Assembly (NCBI GenBank): GCA_950097015.1
Contig: CATNEN010000031.1
Location: forward strand, 3,348,001 to 3,412,000
DNA: 64,000 nt
Reading direction: 5' to 3'
DNA from: Macrostomum hystrix
Taxonomy: Eukaryota; Animalia; Platyhelminthes
The translations under genes were made by a program, and so were the position numbers. Below the pieces are notes generated by a model. That model did no database searches. It saw only the letters and a program-made list of their open reading frames with translations, and was not told the origin of the DNA. Position 1 is the stretch's first letter. Every line of letters begins with the position of its first letter. Shown one piece after another: positions 25,447 to 38,006 of this stretch.

Positions 25447-25752
25447 ATAATAATAATAATAATATATTACACCTGCCCTAATCAGGTCAATTGTGCAGCC
25501 GACAGCACAGCCGCAGCTATTGCGCGGCGCATCTGAAGGCTGCATATGGCTGTTCAGTCCATGGACTGGGGGGACGCCACACCCACCTTCAATTATCCCA
25601 GCTAATGCTGGTACCCATTTAACAGCTGGGTGAACTGAAGCAATGCAGAGTTAAGTGTCTTGCTAAAGGACACAAATTGTTTAAGTGGAGACGGGAATCG
25701 AACCCCCGACCTTCAAGTCGTGAGTCCGACGCCCTAACCACTAAGCTACAAC
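25447..25752 (-). mobile_element. tRNA-derived CORE-like SINE (family B), full length with (ATT)n tail
   Basis: Minus strand has B-box GGTTCGATTCCC, then tgtgtcctttagcaagacacttaactctgcattgcttcagttcacccagctgttaaatggg, which resembles the MIR CORE domain. Matches the 43833-44122 copy. Confidence 0.82.
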
Positions 25753-26049
25753 CTCACTGATTAACTACAGAGAGGCTACAGATAGACTACAAACTGATTT
25801 GCGTGAAGTACAGCGTTATACGAGTATATTATAATTCAATTTATTTGACATTGGATGGAACGAAAAAGAACATATAACACAGTGTACTGTATACTTGTGT
25901 TAACTCAAGAGTGCAGGATCGTGCACAAAAGCTTTTGTACACAGACGAGCCAATAGTGATTAGCTTATTTGCTATTTTAATCTAAATGATAATACTTGTC
26001 TTAAAGGGAATTAAATCCAATGAAATACAAATTGCTTCCTAAAATGAAG

Positions 26050-26087
<38 letters not shown>

Positions 26088-26429
26088 TACGTCACGCAAA
26101 GTTCAGTAACACTCAAACGAATAAGTATTTAAATGTATGCATGCGTATATGCAAGCTGCTAGCCTACGAAATGAAAAAAATTCGAAAAGTTTTTTCTGTT
26201 TGATTGGGGCCGCTTTGGCTTCCTTTCACTTTCCAGATTCTCTAAAGTCTAATGTTAATGAATGTAATCGGCGAATTCCACTTACAGTAGTATTTCTAGA
26301 CATACTTCAACTTTGCTAGGAAAACTGTCGATACAGGAAAAGCACCTAATGACTATATAATGGCTTGAGTTTATTCTTTGTACTATATAAGAGTTCAACG
26401 AGAACTTCTTGCCGATGGCACAGCCGCTG

Positions 26430-29400
26430 CTAGATGGCCAGCACAGTTTGGGAGGCCAGCCGCGTGCCGCCGTTTGCATCTGACTTTAGCACCACCTGCT
26501 GAGCTGGAGCAGTTACTGTGGCGGGCACCACCGCATGAGCCTGCTGTGACAGATTTTAGAATTGAAGATTCTCGCTACGGATCTTGCTGCGATTCTAGCT
26601 ATGGATCTTGCTGCGATTCTAGCTATGGATCTTGCTGCGATTCTGGCTACTGATCTTGCTGCGATTCTAGCTATGGATCTTGCTGCGATTCTGGCTATGG
26701 ATCTTGCTGCGATTCTAGCTACTGATCTTGCTGCGATTCTAGCTACGGATCTTGCTGCGATTCTAGCTATGGATCTTGCTGCGATTCTGGCTACTGATCT
26801 TGCTGCGATTCTAGCTATGGATCTTGCTGCGATTCTGGCTATGGATCTTGCTGCGATTCTAGCTACTGATCTTGCTGCGATTCTAGCTACGGATCTTGCT
26901 GCGATTCTAGCTACTGATCTTGCTGCGATTCTAGCTACGGATCTTGCTGCGATTCTAGCTATGGATCTTGCTGCGATTCTAGTTGCAGATCTTGCTGCGA
27001 TTCTCGCTATGGATCTTGCTGCGATTCTAGCTTCGACTTCACATCTCATCGTCAACAATGCACAAGCGAGGCATTTCAAAGATTTCTTCGACTTACCGGA
27101 AAAGCGGCCAGGAATGGGATCAGAAACGGCGATTGGCACTGTGCCAGGCTCATTATGGGAGGGAATTGCGGCAGCAGGGCGGTGGGATGCGAGCCCAACG
27201 GCGTCGGTGGTAGAAAGTGTGTCAGCGGCGGAGGTGGCGGCGGCACCTCTGCCGTGGCCGGCAGCGTCGGACAGCGTTGCACGTCGACGAAAACGCCAGC
27301 CGTGGTTCTGCCGTCGAATAGCCAGAATTGGCGGCCGTCTTTAGCCTCACATGCGAGCTGGGCTGCTCGGTCAGATGTCATCTCTATGACCGCCTCTCCC
27401 GTCGGTCGGCCAAGGTGATTCAACACTTGGTGGACACCCTGTAAAAAAGATTTTAATGGGATTACGCTAGAAATGGGATTTCTCTATAGAAGTGGGATTT
27501 CTCTAGAAATGGGATTTCTCTATAGAAATGGGATTTCTCTTTAGAAATGGAATTTCTCTATAGAAATGGGATTTCTCTATAGAAATGGGATTTCTCTAGA
27601 AATGGGATTTCTCTAGAAATGGGATTTCTCTATAGAAATGGGATTTCTCTAGAAATGGGATTTTTCTAGAAATGGGATTGCTATTGCTGCCCACCTGATA
27701 GGCGATCCCGGCTGAATGCTGTTCAAGGAAACCGAGGATATCAGCCACGGTGGCTTCAGCTGGCATCCCGCCGATACGCAGCAGATGGCGCTGGGACCAT
27801 TGGAGCTGAGGATGCGGCGGCAGCGATGGAAGTGTTGGCTGCTGCTGCTGTTGCTTTTGCGGCTGCTGCTGCTGCTGCTGGTTGTTTTTAAATCCGCCCA
27901 GCACCTGGTTGAGCTCTGCGGGAGTCGATTTGAACAATTCCACATAGCGACTGCCGATATGTTGCCTGTGGCCTCGCTCCAGAGCCCGCTCAGCGACCTC
28001 GGAGCTTGCGAACAAAGCGAAGGCGTCGCCTGTGGCTCGGCCGTCCGGCCTCTGGGCGAACAAAAGTCCCGCCTGGCCGAACTGCACTGGACAGGCCGAC
28101 TTTGCGAAGAAGTCCAGCTATTTGTAATGCATAGGAGGGTGACATAGTCTTAGGTGGCTACTTGTGAGTAGGGTTTACGACACATTGATACTATAATTCT
28201 GTACTCAATTGTAAAACTTGTAAAACATAATCAGGGCAAGAATCTAAGCAGAGCGCACTAAGACAGAATTAAGAAAAAAACAACGCCAGCTTTACAGGAC
28301 AACGACTGTGCAGAGGAGATTACTGGCAGCGCGACTGCTTTAGCCCTAGCCGCAGGCCCGAGATAAAGCCGCCTTAGACTGGGTGTCTAAAGTATCAAGG
28401 CCAGGCGTTGGGTCTGGCCTTGGCGCCCACCCCCCTCCTTGCACAGAGAGGATCAAGGCCGGCTGAATAACAACAGCCCACCCCAGCCCACCCGGCACCG
28501 AAAAGCGATAAGACGCCGCGCCGCTTTTCTTTTTATTTAGTCAGCGATTTTGCACCAAACGGGTGCATCGGTGACGGTGATCCAGACGGGCAGGACAACT
28601 GCATGAATCTGCTGATTATATTTATTTCTGCTCGCAATTCTAAGAAGCTAAATTGCCTGGCTGTAATAGCTCATAGCTAGATAATGTCTGCATTTATTCT
28701 GTAATTATTACATAGGAAATTCGAGGGTTACAGTACATTAATTGTACTCTGTTTTGCATTTGTAACAATATCCAGTTATCGCATCCATTTTCGGGGTACC
28801 GCAAAAACGCAAAAAAAGCCACTGATACAGGGCATGGTCTGTTATCCGCTGACTGGTAAAAATTTCGGTGTCTGTTATCAAGCGAGATTTTTGCGCTTAA
28901 CTCGAATACAGAAAAAAAGTAATTTAATATTCACCTTTCTTTAATAACCATTCGTCCGTCGTGAAAACTTGAAACGGCCCATTTAAGGGCCACTCTGTGG
29001 TCATACTACTCGTATACTAGCAAAAAATGATGCTATGCAACGCAGTTTTATTGATTTCATCATTGTGCACTTCATAGTTGGCATAAGCTTAAAGTCAGCT
29101 GAACACAACCCGCACAATTCATAACAAAGTGGATGGAATGATTTGGGACTGATTTTCAAGCTGCCTTAGATTTAAAATCAAAACTTACCACCTGCTCGGC
29201 AGTGACAGAGTAGGGCAGGCCGCGCATTCGCAGCAGCTGCTGTCCGGAGCCGTCCAGCTGAGACAGGAAGGCCTCGGCCTCGGCGTTGACTGCGGCGGCC
29301 ACGGTTAGAAAGTCGCGCGCTCCGGCTTTGAAGACCTCGATGTAGCGCCGGCCCAGGTGACGCCTGTGGCGCAGCAGCGCCAGGTCTCGGTGCTCGGCGC

Positions 29401-32400
29401 TCTCGAAGCGGACAAGGGCTTCGCCGTTGCGACGGCCGCCGGCTCGGCTTAGCACAAGGGCGACGCCACCCGGACTGACATTGAGGCCGCTGAAGAAGCT
29501 ACAGGCCACCTCGACGTCGCCCGCTTGCCAAGGCAGGCCACGCAGACGGACCACTGTCTCAGGACCGACCGGGTCCGTCTTCCGACTGACAGGTGGAACA
29601 GTGGGACTCGTTACAAAGTGACAAAGGCATTTGTGGCCGTCCTTGGAGCACACATCTTCTTGTCAAACATTTGATTACTTGTTCCAGGTTTCACTAATAA
29701 ATGAAACCATTTCCACTGAATGAATGTGGCGTAAACTTACACAAGAGCCGGGCGGTATTCCCTAGCTATCGATTCTGCTTGGTGGAACTTGTGACCTGCA
29801 ATTAAATTCAGCAAGTTTTACTAGTGAAAGGCCGATTACAAAAACGGAGAATAGACAGACAAAAACTAATAATTATTCACACCAACCATCAGCTAATAGG
29901 CAGCCAATGATTCGAGACATTGCCAGGCACTGTTCAGCGCTGAAACCTGTCAGCTGAGACTCTGCTACCTCAGACTCTACGGTCTGCTTTTGGCGCGGTT
30001 CCTGATGCAGACCGAGCTCTGTTAAATTGGATGTCAAAAATGTGCTTATCAAAGTATCCCGAACGCACTGGACCATATGAGCAGAAAATCAGAACGAAAT
30101 ACACTTTTTTGATACCACACTGAACCACATTAATGAAACCACAAAAACAGTACCAGACACCATAAACCATATCAGACCACATCAGACCACATCAGACAAC
30201 AACAGACCGCACCAGACCACACCAGACCACACTAGACCATATTAGACCACACCAGACCATATCAGACCCACACCAGACCGCACCAGACCACGCCAGACCA
30301 CACCAGACCGTATCAGACCACAACAGACCACACCAGACCACAACAGACCACAACAGACCACACCAGACCGCACCAGACCACACCAGACCACAACAGACCA
30401 CACCAGACCACGCCAGACCACACCAGACCACAACAGACCACACCAGACCACGCCAGACCACACCAGACCGTATCAGACCACAACAGACCACACCAGACCA
30501 CAACAGACCACAACAGAACGTATCAGACCTCACCAGACTACACCAGACCACAACAGACCACAACAGACCGCATCATATCAGGCAGAGGGACGGAAAACCA
30601 ACCAGCAAGCATCTCCTCCATCGTAGGCTGCGATTGCCTGCTGCGCCTAGCTCGAGCGAACTCCTTCCGCAGGTCGTGGAAGGCATAGAAATAGCCGGGC
30701 AGGCGAATCCCTTTAGCGGAGGCCTCCGGGTGCAGCAGGAGGCGCAGCGTCGCCTGGCCATCAGTGACTAGGTGGAGGTCGCGGCCGGTCTCGTCCGGGT
30801 GAGCATTAGCCAACAGTAGGGCTCGGTCAAGCTGGAAGGGCAATGCGAATACTTAGTACTTTTCCGTAAATTAGATAACCGATTTCACAAGCTTATTATC
30901 CTTTTTTGTTAAAGAATTAGAATCGAAATAGTATTGCTGGGGAATCAAATCGATAATCCATGAGAATCTAACCGATAATCCATGAGAATCTAACCGATAA
31001 TCCATGAGAATCTAACCGATAATCCACGAGAATCTAACCTATAAACCAAGTGAATCGAAACGATTTTCCAGGTGAAATCTAATCGACAAATCCATGAGAA
31101 TCTACCCGATAATCCATGAGAATCAACCCGATAATCCATGAGAATCTAACCGATAATCCACGAGAATCTATCTGATAATTCATGAGAATCTAACCGATAA
31201 TCCATGAGAATCTAACCGATAATTCATGAGAATCTAACCGATAATCCAGGTGATATCTAATCGATAATCCACGAGAATCTAACCGATAATCCATGAGAAT
31301 CTAACCGATAATCCATGAGAATCTAACCGATAATCCATGAGAATCTAACCGAAAACCTAGGTGAATCTAAGTTATAATTCCGAAATCAGAAGTTCTCACT
31401 GAAAATCAAATCCCAAAGGATTGTAAATAGTCTATGGGAATCCCAGATAGGCCCAAAAAAGTTGGCCACAGCCGCACCTCCAGCAGGCAGTCGGCCAGAG
31501 TCGCAGCCGAGTCCAACGACTCGTCCGTGATGCCGGTGGCCGCAGTGCACTCCGCTGACACCGCCGCTCTGCCGTCCTCCAACGTGGTCTCAACGACGCC
31601 TTCGAAAGCGTCAGCCCCGGCTGCTGGAAGTCCCGGCGGCAGCAGCGGCCTGACAGGATGCTGAGCCAGGGCCAGAACCTTCGAGATGTTCAATTCAAGG
31701 TTCGATTGAATGAACCTGCTTCCATAGTCAATATCGGGCCTCTTTAACAGTAGAAATACCACGCCATTTTTTTCCTCCTGGGGAAAGACCACTTCACAAT
31801 GGCTCCTAAACCGAATAATCGATTTTCGTGAAAGTCCAACATATGGATCAAAATTTTCCGCTTTTTACTATAAACTAATTTTCAAAGCATCGTCGTGATA
31901 TTCAGCTATTGTTTTAGAAGACCCTGGGGACAAGAGCAACGAACATTGCTCTTTATAAAATTCTATGGCGAATCCATGCTGGTTAGAAAATTAAAAAAAC
32001 TATTTAATCAATCCAAAAAAGTTTGCAATCATAGCCGACATGGTAGGGGGTCGGTGGCAGAGCGGTTAACGCGTTTGCCTCTCGCACCAAGGTCCCTAAG
32101 TTCGATTCCACGGCGAGGCCACATTTATTTGGGGCGCAGCCGCGGAGAGAAGGCTTTGGGGCTTGTCGTGCAATTGACGCCCTTGAGGGCCAACCTCCAA
32201 GACACAGTGAAGTGTACACTGCCTGACGATGAGAAAGTCAGGGCAGATGTACACACCTGTGTGAGCGTATGCCTGCGTACAGTATTTGTGTGCGTGTGTG
32301 CTCAGGAGTCAGCGGAATGGGCAGAATTGCCTCCTCGCTGGCTGCGGGTCTAGTGTCACTAAATGATGTGCCATTGCCCGCAGCCCTCCTGCAATTATTA

Positions 32401-33008
32401 TTAATTATTATTATTAGCCGAAATGGTTACAAGATGAAATTTTGTGAGCAGAAAATTTTTGCCTATATTTTGGTTCTTGCCGCGAGACGCTCCGACGAGA
32501 ATCGTTGAATATCTCGACTATGTCGATGTTTTGTGATCCGGGATGTTCTTTCATCGGATAGAGCGAAAAATTTTAGCACGTTTTCTGGATTTTCATGGCA
32601 GTTGGTTGAATATTTTGGGAGATGCAGAAAAAAAATTGAAATTTAAAACACCGGTCTTTCCACTGTTAATTTTACGATCATCGAGCAACAAAACCCTCAG
32701 CAAATAGCTCTCACCTTCTTTCGTTGCACATCGTAGATCAGGTAGGCAACCTGGCAAATTGGTGACTCGTCCGCCGACTCCGCCGACTGGGCCTGGCCGC
32801 AGCTGACCGCGTGCAACAGCAGCAGAAACTCCGGCTGCGGCATGTCGTCCTCAAGCTGGGATGCACTTTTCAGTTTAAGCAGTTGGCGAAGATTTCTGCT
32901 TCGAGCGGCGGCGGCAGCGGCGGCGGCCCCGCATATAAGCTCCTCTTCCGCTTCTGGCGAAGAGAAGGACAAGGCCTCGCCTGATTGGTTGGCGCAGCTG
33001 TTCTGCAT
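26430..33008 (-). CDS. ESRP (fus): Epithelial splicing regulatory protein / fusilli; join(33008..32715,31678..31478,30831..30603,30018..29887,29655..29189,28117..27695,27438..27097,26543..26430), ~733 aa
   Basis: N-terminal RNase T-like domain ([38 protein letters not shown]) and three quasi-RRMs ([10 protein letters not shown]...[11 protein letters not shown]; LRMRGLPY...[13 protein letters not shown]; LRIGGMPA...[11 protein letters not shown]). Splice phases are consistent (2202 nt). Confidence 0.93.
26572..27032. repeat. Intronic minisatellite, 24-bp unit (GATCTTGCTGCGATTCTAGCTATG), ESRP intron 7
   Basis: About 19 direct copies. Confidence 0.95.
27468..27680. repeat. Intronic minisatellite, 17-19 bp unit (AGAAATGGGATTTCTCT[AT]), ESRP intron 6
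   Basis: Fills most of the 256-nt intron. Confidence 0.92.
30150..30575. repeat. Intronic (CAGAC-CACAC/CACAA)n 5/10-bp repeat, ESRP intron 3; UGGUG/UGGUC-rich on the sense strand
   Basis: Direct copies; the reverse complement reads gtggtctggtgtggtctgttgtgg. Confidence 0.93.
30950..31370. repeat. Intronic minisatellite, 22-bp unit (GATAATCCATGAGAATCTAACC), ESRP intron 2
   Basis: Direct tandem copies with variants. Confidence 0.92.
32046..32416 (+). mobile_element. tRNA-derived SINE family A, full length (~370 bp) with (ATT)n tail, ESRP intron 1
   Basis: A-box TGGCAGAGCGG, B-box GTTCGATTCC, conserved body and ATT tail; several other copies in the window. Confidence 0.87.
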
Positions 33009-33114
33009 GGCTTCAACGGAGCTTTTCTCGGTTTTCTAGTGCAGATAAGGCATTGATTTGGTCTGCGAATGGAGAACATGCTACTGCCGATAAGTAGTCT
33101 GTTTAATTCTAACT

Positions 33115-33340
33115 TTCTCCAGCTGACACCACAGCTAATGCTCCAGCTGACACCCGAGCTCATGCTCCAGCTGACACCACAGCTAATGCTCCAGCTGACA
33201 CCACAGCTAATGCTCCAGCTGACACCACAGCTAATGCTCCAGCTGACACCACAGCTAATGCTCCAGCTGACACCACAGCTAATGCTCCAGCTGACACCAC
33301 AGCTAATGCTCCAGCTGACACCCGAGCTCATGCTCCACCT
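33115..33340. repeat. Minisatellite, 24-bp unit (CCAGCTGACACCACAGCTAATGCT)
   Basis: About 9 direct copies just upstream of the ESRP coding start. Confidence 0.93.
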
Positions 33341-34500
33341 AACACGTAAACAAGACTCAGAAAAACTACTTACATTTATTTGTCACCCGAGAACGTTAGT
33401 TGCGTGCGTAGTTGCTTTGTTAAAACATTTAAAGTCAATAGTCAATGTCAATTAGTGCATATAAACTATTTGTAAGAATTTATAAAAATAAAATACAGTT
33501 AAATCTGAGAATCAGTTGAGAATAAGTTTCCTTTCTTAACTCCGCTACTCAGAAAGTCCTTAGAGAACAGCAATTTCTGCTAACAACTCTTTAACTGCAA
33601 TTGACAGGCACGCACACACACATATATTTATGCCGCATTAGGGTAAGAGAAACTTATGATGCATGCAGCTCTCAGCATTGATTCGAGAGGTCATTGTAGA
33701 GGTGAGAGAGCCACTGATTTATACACAATGCAGCAGTTAAAGTTTGCTGTGAGCATCTTGCACAACGAACACCTTTCCAAGCAGCTTCACACCTGTCTAT
33801 CCTCTCCGCTTATTTTGAGTTCGCGTGGTCTCGATCAATTCTCTTATTCACACCGAGCGGCGCGTGATTCGCGCCCTCATAACAATGGGCTACATTTTTT
33901 CTTCTTTTGTGAAAGGATGAAATTTATATGCTAATGTAGCGGGGTTGCGAACAGCTATTCCAGTTCTATTTATTTTCTTCTCAATTTTGAACAGAATTAA
34001 GCCAGCAAACACATCTACAAACAGTAAGAAAAAGCATTTTATTTCGCACTCTGTTGACACCCTTTGATTCTGAGCCGCTGCTGTAACTCCAAAGATTAGT
34101 TTAATTGCAGGTGGAAACCCACAGAGACAGCTAGGCGGGACTCCCTCAAGCACTGTCGAATATCGCAGTCTAATTACAAAAGTTGTTGAATGCCTGAAGC
34201 GCGCGGTATTAACTAATTAGAGCTATACCTTAACCCACGAAACAAGGCCGCGGAGCGGAGGGTGAAGCGATGAGCTAAAAAAACAGGTTCAATTTTAGGC
34301 AGCTCTGGCGCAACTTTTGCTTTTAGCTGGCCGTTCTCTGTGACTGGGCTTCAATCGGGCTAGAAGTTCGAGGTCTACGGTTGCGAGGTCCCGTAAGCTT
34401 GAAGCAGAAGCTCGGCACCCACAGGTACCGATATTCTCGGCAAACTCGGCACACTTTTGAAGTAATAAAAAATCGATCATCAGTTGCTTATTTGCCTGAC

Positions 34501-34732
34501 GGGGGGGCGTCTTACAAACCCGAAATTTCATAAAGTCGAAAGACAGTTCCTTTCACAACACCGAAATTTCATAAAGCCGAAGTTTCATAACACAACAAGG
34601 ATGGGATTGTAGCAGTTGCAAGAGAAAAGAAACAGGGCTGGAAATTTCGGGCTTGTGAAGTACGCTGACATAAGCATTTTCGACGATGGGAAATTTCGAC
34701 GTTATGAAATTTCGGGTTTGTGAAAGCGCCCC
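34501..34732. mobile_element. Small MITE (~230 bp) with ~38-bp imperfect TIRs and internal CGAAATTTCATAA motifs
   Basis: Left ggggcgtcttacaaacccgaaatttcataaagtcgaaa versus right reverse complement ggggcgctttcacaaacccgaaatttcataacgtcgaaa. Flanks ttgcctgac / ttgctgac resemble an 8-9 bp TSD. Confidence 0.75.
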
Positions 34733-35678
34733 TTGCTGACGCCTGTCCTATGCCTGGGTAGAAAGCGTTTGCTAAAAACTTTTAGTGAGTTTTTTGTTAG
34801 TTATTCGAAGGCCGAATTCGCTTTAAAAATATAATCGACGCCGCATCCATTAATTCTTCCCATGTGAGTTTCTGTCTATGGCGTAATCGTGTCCTTCCAC
34901 GCTTCTTCCACGGTAGGTATACAGATGGTACTTCCAGCTTTTTGTATCTCAAAAATTAAGGCAAACAACAGCTAAGTTATCTCAGTGTGATTATTTCCTG
35001 CAACAAATCTGTTCCAGCTAAAATCTAAGATTGTGAACATGCTCTAAAATGTCATTGCGTTTTATTTATTTAAACCAACAAAATGAGGATATTGTCAAAC
35101 AAGTTTGCGAGGCTATGCGAGTATGAGAGTATGAACATGTAATGCAAATGGGGCAACTAATGCGGCATACTAAATAATATAATATAAAAAGATAATGATA
35201 ATATTAATAATGATGATGAAATTATGATGATAATAAAACAAGTCAATCAACCGATAATAACCCACTAAAAAGCATGGAGTCGAGGGGATTCAAGAATAAG
35301 AGACTACCCAAATTAGTTAAACTTAGCATAAACTAAAAATTGTATTCAAGCTTTCTTCTGTAAAAAATGATAACTATTGAAGTTGTGTCTGAAGATTGAC
35401 AGAATTATAAACAAGAGTAAGATACAGAGCCAAAATCTGTAGCTAAAATAACTCGAACGGCTTAAAAAATGTTTGTACGTCAGTTGTCTTCAAGATTAAC
35501 AGAATACTGTCTGTGTGTATGTGCATGGACAGGGAGTCGATTTGGTCACATTCAACTGAAAAATTCGCTCCAGGGTTTTAGAAATTGGAAAGTAATTAGA
35601 AGGAATAAGAAAGGTATCGCTAACATATTAAAGTTAATTATTGCTCTCAGCGCTTGTTGTTCTAGTCGAATATATGGC

Positions 35679-36105
35679 TCTCAAACCCTCAACCGCCACC
35701 CACCTCACGCCGCTTGTCGATTCGCTATAACGGGATGATGCCACGCTCAAACCCTTAACCGCAACCACCCTCACGCCGCTTGCCGATTCGCTATAACTGG
35801 ATGATGCCACGCTCAAACCCTTAACCGCAACCACCCTCACGCCGCTTGCCGATTCGCTATAACGGGATGATGCCACGCTCAAACCCTTAACCGCAACCAC
35901 CCTCACGCCGCTTGCCGATTCGCTATAACGGGATGATGCCACGCTCAAACCCTTAACCGCCACCACCCTCACGCCGCTTGCCGATTCGCTATAACGGGAT
36001 GATGCCACTCTCAAACCCTCAATACCCACCTCACGAGGCCTGCCGATTCATTCTGCTTGGCATGACGCCACTCTAAACCCTAACCGCACCCACCTCACGC
36101 CGCCT
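35679..36105. repeat. Minisatellite, 66-bp unit, ~6 copies
   Basis: 22-aa periodicity in ORF 35634-36029; direct copies. Confidence 0.92.
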
Positions 36106-36326
36106 ATTTGCTTTCTTCACCAAATGTGTCGCCACTCCTTCTAACCCCCATCCACATTTATATTGGTCAATTGTGCTAACTAAGCGTATTTAGGATCAAA
36201 CAATAAGATAAACAAAGATAATATTTCAAAAGTTCTGATATAAAATCTGACAAATTCCTAAAATTAACATAAGTGTACTTGAAATGAGCACTTCAAGCTC
36301 AAAAGTGTGAACCTTGAATAAGTAAG

Positions 36327-38006
36327 TCATTCGCGCTCAAATGGAATGCGCTCAATGCACGCGCTCGTCTCTTCTAGCACCTGACGGCAGCAGGAGACCA
36401 GAACGCTGCGCGACATGAGGTCGAAGGCGGTTCCTGTAAAATCGAAGACCAAACCAAAACACTAGAGTGATGAATATTTATTTGCTTAAATAGTGCTTAA
36501 ATGCTACTGCTGTAAATGAGAGAGCAGTAGTGTGTATCGTGTTGGGTCGAATGAAGAGGAACTCGAAATTCATTTTAATACTTTGTAAACTATACTTTGT
36601 AAAATATCGCATATACACTTTGAAGAAGCAGATCTATGCAGAACCGCCTTCTTAACACTCTGAGGGATTAGGGAGGGGGTCACGACTGACACTCTGGAAG
36701 ATCGGGGAGGGGGTCACGACTGACACTTTGGAAGATCAGGGAGGAAATCACGACTGACACTCTATCTGAATTGGGGAGGGGATCATAGCTGACACTCTGG
36801 GAGATTGGGGAGGGGATCAGAGCAGACACTTTGGGGAATAGTCATGGGCTCTTGACTCTCCCATCATGACTCCGTCTCCCTCACCGTCAGGCGATGCGGA
36901 AACCCCGCCAGCCTCGCGCACAATGAGCTCTCCGGCTGCCACATCCCAGCAGTGGATGCCGTACTCAAAGTAGGACTCGACGGAGCCGCGAGCCACCATG
37001 CAGCAGGACAGGGCAGCCGAGCCGATGGATCGAATGCCGCGTGAGGCCAGCACCGCCTTGTGCATGTTGCGCACCTTCGTGTCCATCGTTTCATCGCGTT
37101 GAGAGCCCCACTCCGAACATAGGATCGAGTTTGAGAGGCCTGTTCAGTTTTAAAGCCAATAAGATCGTTAGATTATGCTGACAGAATATTTTTGTCATGT
37201 CAGGCAAAAAATTACTTACACTGAGCATCACTGACAGAAATTTTGGCACCATTGAGGAATGCACCTTTGCCAAGCTCTGCGTGATACATTTCGTCAAGGA
37301 TGGGATTGTAGACAACAGCAACCACAACCTAAAATAAAATTTGTAGTAAGTAAATTAATTGCTTACTACAAGTACTAAAACTATTTTTATAAGTTACCTG
37401 CTTATTTTCAGCATAGGCGATCGAAATGCAGCAAAACGGAAAGCGATGAACGAAATTGGATGTACCATCAACGGGATCGATGATCCAAGTAGGAGAATCA
37501 GTGAAGCTTATATTGGCTCCGCTGGAGACTGACTCTTCACCAATGAAACTGCGAAGTACAAGGAAATAGTTAAAAGAGGTGGTTATAAATTCCCCCAAAA
37601 ATATCTTAATCAGTAATAAGTAATAAAAATCAGCTATAAAAGCAAATTTAATCAAATGAATTACGTAAAAACTGCTTACATATGAGATGGAAACTCTTCT
37701 AAGATTTTCTTTTGCACAAAGCTTTCAACTTTGGTATCAGTTTCTGTAACTAAATCGGCAATAGAGCATTTTTGACTGATAACCTTCTGTCTGTAGTAGC
37801 CTTCCTTGATGATCTGGAAAGAGAAATATACATGGAAAATTAAAACTTTAAAAAGCAAAAAAAACAAAAACAATGTATTTATTTCTGCGATACTGTACAG
37901 AATGCACTTGCATCAGCATGAATGATAATAAAACATGCTTTTATGTGATGCCAAAACAAACCTCGCCAGCTGAACGGGCCAAGTTGATAGCGAATTCGAG
38001 AGACAT
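36327..38006 (-). CDS. IMPA1: Inositol monophosphatase; join(38006..37962,37813..37680,37548..37398,37328..37220,37139..36885,36433..36327), 266 aa
   Basis: Motifs [51 protein letters not shown]-like ([13 protein letters not shown]) and FDLMSR. All introns are GT-AG and phases sum to 801 nt. Confidence 0.96.
36660..36820. repeat. Short degenerate ~35-bp tandem repeat in the last IMPase intron
   Basis: ggagggggtcacgactgacactctggaagatc-like units x4-5. Confidence 0.7.

Noticed and set aside
32046-32115. tRNA genes at the A-box/B-box motifs (also 3340-3410, 12075-12138, 25690-25750, 43833-43900, 56690-56760)
   Set aside because: No complete cloverleaf or acceptor stem; each runs into a shared SINE body and ATT tail.
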